This document shows positions 27,465-36,962 of a stretch of 64,000 nt of DNA, one piece after another; position 1 is the stretch's first letter, and each line of letters starts with the position of its first letter. The notes under the pieces are model-generated. The model had not been told where the DNA came from, searched no databases, and saw nothing but the letters and a program-made list of their open reading frames with translations. The stretch is from Oligoflexia bacterium (lineage in GTDB: Bacteria > Bdellovibrionota > Bdellovibrionia > JABDDW01): assembly GCA_023250675.1 (NCBI GenBank), contig JAHFAE010000003.1, forward strand, positions 4,311-68,310. Direction: 5' to 3'. The translations under genes were made by a program, and so were the position numbers.

Positions 27465-28230
27465 ATATATTCCATTTGGGGAAGAGGGACTTGACGTTTT
27501 TTTTAAGTTGAATGCTTAAGTCTTCTTCGGAAACACCTTTGATTGAAGCAACAACTTTTGCCGTATGGGCCACAAAAGCAGGTTTATTCTTTTTACCTCT
27601 CATTGGGACCGGCGCTAGGAATGGAGCATCGGTTTCAATTAGCAATCGATCGAGGGGTACGGTCTTTACTATGTCTCTTAAAGTTTGAGCATTTTTGAAG
27701 GTGATCACACCGCTTATACTTATATAAAATCCGACATCCAGGGCGGCACGGGCAAGTTTTTCGGTCCCAGAAAAGCAATGCATCATACCGGTATTTCTAC
27801 CTTTGCATCGTTTAAGTTCATTTGCCGTGTCATCTTCAGCATCTCGAGAGTGAATTTCAACAGGCAAACCGACACTTTGCGCCATTTCCATTTGTCGGCT
27901 AAATGCGTTTCTCTGAATATCAGGATCAGAATGGTTGTAAAAATAATCTAAGCCTATTTCACCTATGCCAATGATAAAATTTTCTGGCGCGCGGGACCTT
28001 ATGGTTGCTTCGACTTTGTCATCATAAAATTTAGCATCGTGGGGGTGTACTCCAAGGGTAGCTGCGATTGTGGGGTAGTGAGCTTTTGAAATATCACAGA
28101 CTTTGTCAAAGTCTTTTGGATGACAACCAATTGTTATCATATGATTGACTTTTTCTTTGGCGGCTTCATCCAAAACTTGGCCCGGATTTTCTTCAAGCAT
28201 CTCAAGATGAGTGTGAACATCAATCCACAT
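27463..28230 (-). CDS. tatD: TatD family nuclease
   Basis: DVHTH, GVHPH, GEIGLD, HSRDA, HCF, ETDAP. Confidence 0.93.
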   Translation of the reverse strand: MWIDVHTHLEMLEENPGQVLDEAAKEKVNHMITIGCHPKDFDKVCDISKAHYPTIAATLGVHPHDAKFYDDKVEATIRSRAPENFIIGIGEIGLDYFYNHSDPDIQRNAFSRQMEMAQSVGLPVEIHSRDAEDDTANELKRCKGRNTGMMHCFSGTEKLARAALDVGFYISISGVITFKNAQTLRDIVKTVPLDRLLIETDAPFLAPVPMRGKKNKPAFVAHTAKVVASIKGVSEEDLSIQLKKNVKSLFPKWNI

Positions 28231-28231
28231 T

Positions 28232-29797
28232 TTATTGCAGCCTTGGAAAGAGTGGGCCACCCATCTTGATTGTAGCTTCTTTCATTGAGCCCCACTTCAC
28301 AGCTTCTTGAAAACTGATCTTATCAGTCAAGACATCTTGCAAACTTGATTGACCGAGACGATTTTGAATTTCTTCGCAGGTATAAGGAATAAAAGGCCAA
28401 AGAAAAAGACTGGCGATCCTTAGTCCCTCGGCCACGCTATAGAGGACTGACTTTAGCTCTTCTTTTTTCGCAGGATCTTTCGCCAACGTCCAAGGGGCTT
28501 TAGTATCGATATATTTATTCATGCCAAGCAAAATGGCAAAGATACTTTTTAGGACTTCGTTGTAACTAAAAGTCTCCATGGCATTAAAATTAAATTGTGT
28601 TGCCGCAGTGTCGATGGTGGTTTGAATTTCGCTATTTGATAGTGGTGCCTGAATAATTCCTTCTAAGTTTTTTTGGATAAGATTAAAGCTTCGACTCACA
28701 AGATTGCCTAAGTTATTAGCTAAATCGGCATTGGAGCGCTCCTTAAAATTTTTAATATTAAAGTCCCCATCTTGTCCCATGGGGAATTCTCGAAATAAAA
28801 ATAAGCGAAAAGCATCTTGGCCGTACTGGGCAGTAAAGGCCAACGGTTCGACTGTATTGCCTAAACTTTTGCTCATTTTTTGACCTTCGATGGTCCACCA
28901 GCCAGTGGCAAATATTCTCTTAGGCAGAGGCAGGCCAACACTCAACAAGAAACAAGGCCAATAAACGGCGTGGAACCTTAAAATGTCTTTTCCTAATAAG
29001 TGAATCGTTCTGGGGGCACTTTCTGTACCCCAATATTTTTTGAATGTTTCTGGTTTATCTAGTGGACTGAGTGCTGAAACATAATTAATCAGAGCATCAA
29101 ACCAAACATAAATCACATGGTGGGAACTTTTTGCCTCTGCATCTGATGGAAAAGGTATCCCCCAATTAAAACTCGTCCGACTCACACTTACATCTCGTAC
29201 CCCTTCTTTGATAAAGGCGACCACTTCGTTTTTTTTTGATTCTGGCAGAATAAAAGTTGGATTTGCCTCAATATGATTGAGAAGCTGACCTGTAAATTTG
29301 CTCACTTTGAAAAAGTAATTTTCTTCTTTGATTTTCTTAACATCGCGGCCACAGTTTGGGCATTTACCATTGACTAATTGGCTATCAGTCCAAAAGGATT
29401 CGTCGGGTACGCAGTACCATCCTTCGTAATTTCCAAGGTAAATATCCCCCTGAGACATGGCTTTTTTAATCAAATGGATTACGACTTTCTTATGTCGTTC
29501 TTCTGTTGTTCGAATAAAATCGTCGAACGTAATCCCCATCTTCTTCCAAGTTGACCTAAATGTTTCGGCTACCTGATCAGTAAATTCTTGAGGCGACTTG
29601 CCTAACTTAGCCGCAGCCTCTTGAATTTTTTCTCCATGTTCATCGGTACCAGTTAAAAAATGGACATCTTTTCCCATCAACCTCTCAAACCGGGCTAAAA
29701 CATCCGCAGCGACGGTGCAATAGGCTGTGCCCAAATGGGGAATGTCGTTGACATAATAGATGGGAGTCGTGATGTAAAATGATTCTTTACTCTTCAT
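28232..29797 (-). CDS. metG: Methionyl-tRNA synthetase (short form)
   Basis: YITTPIYYVN, HLGT (HIGH variant), GTDEHG, YVWFDAL, KMSKS. Confidence 0.97.
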   Translation of the reverse strand: MKSKESFYITTPIYYVNDIPHLGTAYCTVAADVLARFERLMGKDVHFLTGTDEHGEKIQEAAAKLGKSPQEFTDQVAETFRSTWKKMGITFDDFIRTTEERHKKVVIHLIKKAMSQGDIYLGNYEGWYCVPDESFWTDSQLVNGKCPNCGRDVKKIKEENYFFKVSKFTGQLLNHIEANPTFILPESKKNEVVAFIKEGVRDVSVSRTSFNWGIPFPSDAEAKSSHHVIYVWFDALINYVSALSPLDKPETFKKYWGTESAPRTIHLLGKDILRFHAVYWPCFLLSVGLPLPKRIFATGWWTIEGQKMSKSLGNTVEPLAFTAQYGQDAFRLFLFREFPMGQDGDFNIKNFKERSNADLANNLGNLVSRSFNLIQKNLEGIIQAPLSNSEIQTTIDTAATQFNFNAMETFSYNEVLKSIFAILLGMNKYIDTKAPWTLAKDPAKKEELKSVLYSVAEGLRIASLFLWPFIPYTCEEIQNRLGQSSLQDVLTDKISFQEAVKWGSMKEATIKMGGPLFPRLQ

Positions 29798-30788
29798 CTG
29801 AAACGATAACCTGTGAGACGAGTTCGTCTTTTTGAAGATCTTCCCCCACTATTTCTTCTTCATGTATGATCTTCGTTGTCTCAACGGCTTTTTTGGCCAA
29901 TGTGTCTTGTTCAATAACTCGACCGGCGGGGACATTTTCTATTGTGCCATCGTCAAATTTCACTAAAATCATTTGTTTAAGGATATCAAGTTTTAAAACG
30001 ATGCCGCAACCACTGCCTTTGCCGTCGCCACCCGAAGAGCATTTTACGCAGTTTCCTAATTTGGGAAGAGTTTTTCGAGCTTCGGCATAGATAGGCTGTT
30101 CATAAGCGAGGCAACATTTAAGCCTTCCACAGTTACCACTTACTTTTGTGGGATTAAGAGATAATCCTTGGTCTTTGGCCATTTTAATACTGACATTATG
30201 AAAAGACGTAAGAAATTTGCTGCAGCAAGTTTCTTGGCCGCAGGGGCCAAGGCCCCCAGTAAATTTCGTCTCGTCTCGAGCGCCCAATTGTCGCAATTCA
30301 ACTTTCATTTTAAAAAATCGAACTAAATCTTTAATCAGGTCTCTAAAATCAACTCGATCTTCTGACGAAAAATAAACCATAGCTTTTTTGGCGTTCAATG
30401 GAATTTCAATGGCTATCACGTGCATTTTCAAATTACGTTCTGCCACCAGGCTTTTCACTTGAGAAAGAGCTGATTTCTCAAGGGTCTCATGTTTTTCACG
30501 GGTTTTAAGATCGTTATAATTTGCAGGTCTTAATACTACAGGAAGCTTTAACTTCAGTGAATCGGGAGGAATAGTGATAGTGGGTTTAGAAACAAACCCG
30601 AGCATAACTCCCTTATCTTTAAAATCACATATAACCCTGTCACCTCGCACAAATTTAAAATCTCTTGCATCAAAATCGTAGACGCGGCCCACACTACGAA
30701 ACCTAACCCCGACAATACGAGAAGTGAAATCTACTGCTTGTGGAACCTGCGGTGTTGGTTGAATTATGGTTTCTGTTTCATTTGTCAT
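29787..30788 (-). CDS. PSP1/YaaT (RicT) family protein
   Basis: RVDFRDL, GPCGQETCC, SGNCGRLKCCLAYE. Confidence 0.9.
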   Translation of the reverse strand: MTNETETIIQPTPQVPQAVDFTSRIVGVRFRSVGRVYDFDARDFKFVRGDRVICDFKDKGVMLGFVSKPTITIPPDSLKLKLPVVLRPANYNDLKTREKHETLEKSALSQVKSLVAERNLKMHVIAIEIPLNAKKAMVYFSSEDRVDFRDLIKDLVRFFKMKVELRQLGARDETKFTGGLGPCGQETCCSKFLTSFHNVSIKMAKDQGLSLNPTKVSGNCGRLKCCLAYEQPIYAEARKTLPKLGNCVKCSSGGDGKGSGCGIVLKLDILKQMILVKFDDGTIENVPAGRVIEQDTLAKKAVETTKIIHEEEIVGEDLQKDELVSQVIVSDEE

Positions 30789-31762
30789 TAATTTGTCTCG
30801 CCCATTGTTAAAGTAGATTTTGTATCTATCCAAAACTTTTCAAAAGCCAAGGTTTTGTTAACATTGCTTTGGACGTCTTGTTCTAGACGAAAAAGTCTTT
30901 GCCCCATACTCAATAATGCCACTGAACTAAATTTTTTGGCAAGAAGTTCGATGATTTCAATTTCATCTGGGGCTAGTGCTAAAGGTGAATGGAGTTGAGA
31001 GGCCACGGCGTTTTTAATCACTTGCATCCAACACTGAATTGTAAACAATGCGGTATCCCTATCTTCTGAAAGTTCTCCCATCTTGTTAAATCCCTCATAG
31101 ACTCTAGAAATGGGTAGATCTCGCAAGGCCACGAGGGCTGACTTTCTTAAGTTTCGATATGTTTCGTCGGTAAATTGTTGAGCTAGGTCTACGCGGCCCT
31201 GGGAGAGTCTTAATGCCCAATCTTCGGCAGTAGAAACGATTTGTGAAATTTCGCTTCGGCCCAATGACCCAAACATTATATTTTGGCATCGTGATTGAAT
31301 TGTTATGGGTAGAGCTCCTTTATTAGACGTGACAAGAATAAAGTAACAATGGGCCGGGGGTTCTTCTAAAGTTTTCAAAAGAGAATTGGCTCCTTGATTT
31401 GTCATACTGTGCGCTTGGTCAATTATGGCTATTTTGGAGTGACCTTCAAATGCTCTCAGTGCTAAAGAATTTTGGAGTTGTCTGATTTGTTCAATCTTAA
31501 TATTTGCCGAATCGCTATTAGAAACAATATGAAGATCAGAATGGTGGCTTGTTTCGACCCGTAAGCAGCTAGAACACTTACCACAGGGCTTGATTTTTTC
31601 TTGGCAAAGTAGTCCCTGAGCCCAACCTCGAGCCACTAATTTTTTGCCGACCCCGGAAGGGCCAGAAAACAAAAAGGCAGGGGGAAGTCTTTCGTTTTCT
31701 CTCAGTGTTTTGAGAAGACTTGCAATTATTTCTTTATGTCCGATAATTTTGCTAAAAATCAT
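30788..31762 (-). CDS. holB: DNA polymerase III delta' subunit
   Basis: GPSGVGK, PCGKCSSC, ANSLLKTLEEPP, TIQSRC. Confidence 0.92.
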   Translation of the reverse strand: MIFSKIIGHKEIIASLLKTLRENERLPPAFLFSGPSGVGKKLVARGWAQGLLCQEKIKPCGKCSSCLRVETSHHSDLHIVSNSDSANIKIEQIRQLQNSLALRAFEGHSKIAIIDQAHSMTNQGANSLLKTLEEPPAHCYFILVTSNKGALPITIQSRCQNIMFGSLGRSEISQIVSTAEDWALRLSQGRVDLAQQFTDETYRNLRKSALVALRDLPISRVYEGFNKMGELSEDRDTALFTIQCWMQVIKNAVASQLHSPLALAPDEIEIIELLAKKFSSVALLSMGQRLFRLEQDVQSNVNKTLAFEKFWIDTKSTLTMGETN

Positions 31763-32373
31763 AGAATTTTTCTATTTTTTACTTCCTGCAGTAGTTCTTC
31801 AAACAATTGTTTTGGGGTCTTCATTGCGTCTAATACCAAAAATCTTTTGGGTTCATGCTTTGCCAATGTTAAATACTCATCTCTGACCATTTGATGAAAT
31901 TCTAACTTTTCACTTTCCATCCGATCATCTTCTCTTGAAGCACGTCTGGTTTCAGCCACCTCAACAGTGCAATCAAGTAATACTGTTAAATCGGGAACTA
32001 ACCCGCTTGTGGCAAAACTATTTAACCAAACTACTTTTTCTTTATCTAATTTTCTTCCGGCTCCTTGAAAAGCTAAACTTGAGTCGGCATACCGATCGCT
32101 CAAAATCCAAAATCCTTTTTGCAATAAAGGTTTAATAATGACTTCAACATGTTGGGCTCGGTCGGCTTCGTAGATAAGGAGTTCCGCCCGAGGGCAGGGG
32201 GCTTCGCCATTTGTTCGAAGAAGGATATTGCGAAGATCTTTGCCCAATTGGGTTCCGCCCGGTTCCTTCGTGGTTTCAACGGGTAGACCTAAACCTTTCA
32301 AGTGTATCTTGAAGTTTTCAAGTAGGCTTGATTTGCCCGACCCATCGATTCCTTCAAAACTTATAAAAGGCAT
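31759..32373 (-). CDS. tmk: Thymidylate kinase
   Basis: FEGIDGSGKS, EPGGT, DRY; likely start MPF at 32373. Confidence 0.95.
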   Translation of the reverse strand: MPFISFEGIDGSGKSSLLENFKIHLKGLGLPVETTKEPGGTQLGKDLRNILLRTNGEAPCPRAELLIYEADRAQHVEVIIKPLLQKGFWILSDRYADSSLAFQGAGRKLDKEKVVWLNSFATSGLVPDLTVLLDCTVEVAETRRASREDDRMESEKLEFHQMVRDEYLTLAKHEPKRFLVLDAMKTPKQLFEELLQEVKNRKIL

Positions 32374-32460
32374 ATAAGGGCTTAAATTCTCATAGGTTTT
32401 TTGAACTGTCAGCAAAATTAAATCATTTCAAGCTTTTGACCGATTATTACTATCGAGGGC

Positions 32461-33432
32461 GTGTCTGTGGCAGAAAACCGGGCTAATTTCAAGGTTTTAA
32501 TTGGTGATGATGACTCGTCTGCGGCACGTCGTTTGAGTGAATTTTTGGGCGAAAGAGGTTTCGCCACGGAGACTATTTTCAATGGCAAAGGTTTAAAAGA
32601 AAAAATCTTAAATTGGCAGCCAACCTATGTTGTTTGTGACCTCACTTTTCCAAGCTTTAATGCACCACAATTACTAACTTGGCTTCGCGATCCAGGATTT
32701 AAAGACAATCGACCCAAAGTATTTGTGACTTCTGCTCATAACGTCATTTCTAATATCAGAGAATGTATTGGGCTTGGCGCGAGCGATTACATTGTTAAAC
32801 CTTATAAATGCGAAGACATTCTCACTCGTCTTATTTTTCAAATTCAGAGCAAGCGGGAATTACTTTTTGACGGCACAGCTAGTTCAAAACTTACAGGTGG
32901 CGATATTTACATGCACCTTTTAGATATCGTTTTAAGAGAAGCTCTCAGCGGTCGCGATATTGCCGACATTCTCTACAATTTAACAAAAATGATTTCTATT
33001 ACTCTTAGTGCCGTGAGGTGTTCAGTGATTTCGGTGGCTGAAGATCTTCAAACGGGTGAAGTCAGTGCCAGTTCTGATGATCGGAAAGTTCGGGGCCTCA
33101 AGCTTGATATGAATAAGTATCCCGAGGTCATTCATGTGATGAACTCTTCTAAGGCAGTAATTATTGAAGACCTAGAATATGATCCGATGCTTGCTCAAAT
33201 AAAAAATTTGGTGAAGGGAATTTCATTTAACAGCATGATTGTTTGTCCCGTTAAAAGAAATAACGAAATGTATGGAGTCATCAGTGCCAGAATGGCAAAA
33301 GAACACTCAAAATTTAATGATCGAGATATTCGATTTGTCAATCTCGTTGCTCAAATCGTTAGCCTTGTATTAAGCACAAACATTAATATGCCGCACGAGT
33401 TTCTTGACGATAATAAGATAAAAGCTTCTTAA
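32461..33432 (+). CDS. Response regulator receiver plus GAF domain protein
   Basis: GDDD, VCD, TSAH, YIVKP receiver motifs; C-terminal GAF (RCSVI, SMIVCPV, FNDRD). Confidence 0.8.
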   Translation: MSVAENRANFKVLIGDDDSSAARRLSEFLGERGFATETIFNGKGLKEKILNWQPTYVVCDLTFPSFNAPQLLTWLRDPGFKDNRPKVFVTSAHNVISNIRECIGLGASDYIVKPYKCEDILTRLIFQIQSKRELLFDGTASSKLTGGDIYMHLLDIVLREALSGRDIADILYNLTKMISITLSAVRCSVISVAEDLQTGEVSASSDDRKVRGLKLDMNKYPEVIHVMNSSKAVIIEDLEYDPMLAQIKNLVKGISFNSMIVCPVKRNNEMYGVISARMAKEHSKFNDRDIRFVNLVAQIVSLVLSTNINMPHEFLDDNKIKAS

Positions 33433-35132
33433 GAAATGCGAGCGCAATCAGGGCAAGAATCCAATTGCAAAACTTGATTGGGTCTTGAGCCGTCTCGATA
33501 AACAGTAATTCCCTTACATCTTAATTCATAGGCAAGTTGAAAAGCTTTTTTTACTTCTTCGACAGAGCTGCATTGTCGTAGATTTATTGTTTTTGAGACC
33601 CCGCTATCTGAGTGCTTTTGAAAAGCGGCTTGAATCTTCACATGGTTTTCAAAACTCAAGTCGCCGGTCGTTAGAAAAATCGATTTGATTTCATCGGGAA
33701 GAGGAAGATTTACTAAAGTCCCTTCTTTTGCGCAGGTCTCTAAATCGGTGTACCTAAGATTATGACGTTCCATCAAGGTTTTAAACTGGGGATGAATTTC
33801 CCATAATACTTCACCGTCAAGAACATGCCTTTGATAGGCATAAGAAAAGACAGGTTCAATTCCAGCCGATGCATTTGCTAGTAAACTAATGGTCCCCGTC
33901 GGGGCAACTGTGGTCAGTGCTGCATTTCTCAAAGGTTTTATACCGCGTTTTTTCCAGAGGCTTTTAGAGTACCCCTCAAAGGGCTCTGAAACCTGAGCTA
34001 ACTTTTGACTTACTTGGATGCATTGATCCCTGACAAATCTCATAACTTTATCTGCTAATTTAAGGGATTCTGGGCTACCGTAGGGTATCTTAAGTTTTAA
34101 AAGTAAATCGGCAAATCCCATGACCCCAAGCCCGATTTTTCTGTGGGCGTGGCAGAGTTTGTTAATCTCTGCAAGTGGATAGTGACAACAATCAATAACT
34201 TGATCCAAAAATAGAACGCCAGTTTCAATAAGATGGCCAAATTTGTTCCAGTCAACGCCGTCAGAACCCAGACTAAAAATCGCATTTAGATTTATACTTC
34301 CCAAATTGCATGCCTCATAGGGCAATAGTGGTTGTTCCCCACACGGATTTGTCGCTTCGATTTCTCCGGCAGTAGGTGTGGGATTATTTCTATTTATTTC
34401 ATCTATAAAAATAAGACCTGGTTCACCGGTGGTCCAAGCAGCCAAGCAAAGAGAATCAAAAATTTCTTTTGCTCGAACTGATTTAACAGTTTTGCCATCG
34501 CGAGGATCTTTAAGATTCCAGGAACCGGCGTTTCTAACAGCTTTCATAAAATTATCGGTAACGGCCACTGAAATATTGAAGTTCGTGATTTTATTTATGT
34601 TTGATTTGCAATTAATAAAGGCCTCCACATCGGCGTGGTCCACTTGGAGGACTCCCATATTTGCGCCACGACGAAGGCCGCCCTGTTTTATGGTTTGAGT
34701 TAATTCATTGAACAAAGACAAAAAACCAATGGGCCCGGCGGCATATCCTCCACTTGAATTTACCGAAGATTTTTCACCTCTTAGAGTAGAAAAACTAAAT
34801 CCTGTTCCTCCACCTGACTGGTGAATGAGGGCCGTTGCCTTAAGCGTATCCATGATACCACTCAGGTCATCAGGGATCGGTAAAACAAAACAGGCCGCCA
34901 ACTGCCCATTCTTTTTTCCGGCATTCATGAGGGTCGGGGAATTAGGAAGAAATTCTAATGCACTCATGGCATCAAAAAATCTTTTCTCAAGTGACTTTGA
35001 ACCCCGTGACACAGATTTTGCAACTCGGTGAAACATTTCTTCGGGGGACTCTTGGGAGCCTTTTTTTTTGCGCCAGAGGTAGCGTTGCTTCAAAACAGTG
35101 AGTGCATTGGGAGTCAATTGAGCATGGGACAC
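33429..35132 (-). CDS. nrdJ: Class II (B12-dependent) ribonucleotide reductase, compact
   Basis: PNSPTLMNAG, AACFV, TNPCGEQ, ACNLGS, APTGTIS, KGITVYRDGSR, terminal CPDC. Confidence 0.9.
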   Translation of the reverse strand: MSHAQLTPNALTVLKQRYLWRKKKGSQESPEEMFHRVAKSVSRGSKSLEKRFFDAMSALEFLPNSPTLMNAGKKNGQLAACFVLPIPDDLSGIMDTLKATALIHQSGGGTGFSFSTLRGEKSSVNSSGGYAAGPIGFLSLFNELTQTIKQGGLRRGANMGVLQVDHADVEAFINCKSNINKITNFNISVAVTDNFMKAVRNAGSWNLKDPRDGKTVKSVRAKEIFDSLCLAAWTTGEPGLIFIDEINRNNPTPTAGEIEATNPCGEQPLLPYEACNLGSINLNAIFSLGSDGVDWNKFGHLIETGVLFLDQVIDCCHYPLAEINKLCHAHRKIGLGVMGFADLLLKLKIPYGSPESLKLADKVMRFVRDQCIQVSQKLAQVSEPFEGYSKSLWKKRGIKPLRNAALTTVAPTGTISLLANASAGIEPVFSYAYQRHVLDGEVLWEIHPQFKTLMERHNLRYTDLETCAKEGTLVNLPLPDEIKSIFLTTGDLSFENHVKIQAAFQKHSDSGVSKTINLRQCSSVEEVKKAFQLAYELRCKGITVYRDGSRPNQVLQLDSCPDCARIS

Positions 35133-35219
35133 GAGCGTAAGTGTATGATAGGACGATTTTGCGTCAAGTCATTATACAGTTTGGATTTAACAAAAATCAT
35201 TTTTTGCAGCGCGCGTCCT

Positions 35220-35257
35220 TTGACAGACTAAGGTCGAGTTAGTATACTAATACTAAC
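35220..35257 (+). promoter_or_regulatory. sigma70 promoter with overlapping palindromic operator
   Basis: TTGACA (35220-35225)-N17-TATACT (35243-35248); GTTAGTAT-N4-ATACTAAC at 35238-35257. Confidence 0.7.
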
Positions 35258-35309
35258 AATGACTGAGTGAGGATCGTGGGGCCTCTTCAGTCAATCAAAG
35301 GAGTCGCCT

Positions 35310-35537
35310 ATGGACAATAATCTCCACGTCCGCAGATGCCATGTTTGCGGGACAGTGACTGAGAGTTCAGACGAAATTCTCAAATGTAAAGGTTGTTCCA
35401 AATCTCTTTTGCCATTTTACTACTTTGATAAACGTAAAATTCGCGAGTATTCTGATAAGCAAGAAAGCGCCAAGTTAGAAAAACTCCCTGATCTGAATGG
35501 TTATGGCCCCATACGAGGATTAACCGCCTACTGGTAA
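35310..35537 (+). CDS. Small zinc-ribbon protein
   Basis: CHVC...CKGC; AAAGGAG RBS. Confidence 0.7.
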   Translation: MDNNLHVRRCHVCGTVTESSDEILKCKGCSKSLLPFYYFDKRKIREYSDKQESAKLEKLPDLNGYGPIRGLTAYW

Positions 35538-35550
35538 CAAAGGTCTCATT

Positions 35551-36762
35551 TTGAAAGTCACCCTGGAAGACATTAAAAAAGCAGCGGAAAATATAAAGCC
35601 TTATATTCATCAAACACTTCTAGAGCATTCGGCAAGCCTGAGCGATCTGGTCGGTGCAGATGTTTATCTAAAATTTGAGAATCTTCAACAAACAGGCAGC
35701 TTCAAAATTCGTGGGGCGGCAAATAAAGTTTCATCCCTGACCCAACAAGAAAAATCTGTTGGGGTTATTGCGGCGTCAGCAGGGAATCATGCCCAAGGTG
35801 TGGCTCTTGTAGCGCAAAAACTTGGGGTCAAAGCAACTATTGTTATGCCTGAAATGAGCCCCCTTATCAAAGTCGCTTCCACAAAACGGTTCGGCGCAGA
35901 AGTTATTTTGAAGGGCAGTGCTTACGACGACGCTTACCAAACAGCCTTAGAGCTTCAGAAAAAGCATGGTTCTATATTTATTCATCCTTTTGAAGACGAA
36001 AAAATTATCGCCGGTCAGGGGACCATCGGTCTTGAAATTATTAATGCTTGTCCAGAAGTCGACGTGGTCTATATTGCCATTGGGGGCGGGGGATTACTTT
36101 CAGGAATTGCCATCGCCCTAAAAGCCCTCAATTCCAAAATAAAAATTATCGGTGTGCAAGCGAGCGGTGCTGATTCAATGGCGCGAAGTTTTAAATCAAA
36201 AAAATTAGTCACGAACATTCAAAAAGTCTCAACCATTGCTGATGGAATAGCAGTAAAACAACCCTCTGACGTCATGTATTCACAATTCATTTCTAAACTT
36301 TGTGACGATGTGGTCACGGTGAACGATGACGAAATTGCCAAGACCATCGTCTTGTTGATGGAGAGGGCAAAAACTGTCGTTGAAGGAGCAGGGGCGGTGA
36401 GTGTCGCAGCTTTGCTCTCGAAAAAATCTAATATAAAATTTAAAAAGGCCGTAGCCGTATTGGGTGGCGGAAATATAGATCTTAATACTCTAGAAAAAGT
36501 AATCGATCGTGGTCTTCAAGAAGCAGGTAGGTTAGCCCGTATTCTCGTTTCGGCTCCCGATGTGCCAGGGTCATTGAATCGTCTCACAAGTATTATTGCC
36601 GAGAAAAAAGCTAACGTTTTGCAGATTAATCACAACCGCGTCAGCGATCGAATTCACTTAAGAGAAACACTTATTGAATTCACCCTAGAAACCACGGGGC
36701 CCGCCCACATCGTTGAAATTAAAAAGAGTTTCGAAGCCATCGGCGCTACTATATTAGAGTAA
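35551..36762 (+). CDS. ilvA: Threonine ammonia-lyase with C-terminal ACT domain
   Basis: GSFKIRGA, SAGNHAQG, GGGGL, DVPGSL ACT domain. Confidence 0.92.
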   Translation: MKVTLEDIKKAAENIKPYIHQTLLEHSASLSDLVGADVYLKFENLQQTGSFKIRGAANKVSSLTQQEKSVGVIAASAGNHAQGVALVAQKLGVKATIVMPEMSPLIKVASTKRFGAEVILKGSAYDDAYQTALELQKKHGSIFIHPFEDEKIIAGQGTIGLEIINACPEVDVVYIAIGGGGLLSGIAIALKALNSKIKIIGVQASGADSMARSFKSKKLVTNIQKVSTIADGIAVKQPSDVMYSQFISKLCDDVVTVNDDEIAKTIVLLMERAKTVVEGAGAVSVAALLSKKSNIKFKKAVAVLGGGNIDLNTLEKVIDRGLQEAGRLARILVSAPDVPGSLNRLTSIIAEKKANVLQINHNRVSDRIHLRETLIEFTLETTGPAHIVEIKKSFEAIGATILE

Positions 36763-36962
36763 CATTCCCGCTAAGATAGTACTGTTGGGTTGTTCTTCTA
36801 AACTATGATTTCACTATCTCCCAAAAGTAAAAGTAACGGAACCCACCTCGGCTTTGTGGTCACTGCGACGGCGGCACGCCATCGTGCTATCAGGGAACCC
36901 CGAGAGTTGCTATCCGTGGCCCCTGATGCCGCTGTCTTCGTTGTGGTTCCAAAGGCGAAACG

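Noticed and set aside
27463..32373. Firmicute-like tmk-holB-yaaT-metG-tatD order as evidence of HGT
   Set aside because: This synteny is widespread in deltaproteobacteria-like lineages.
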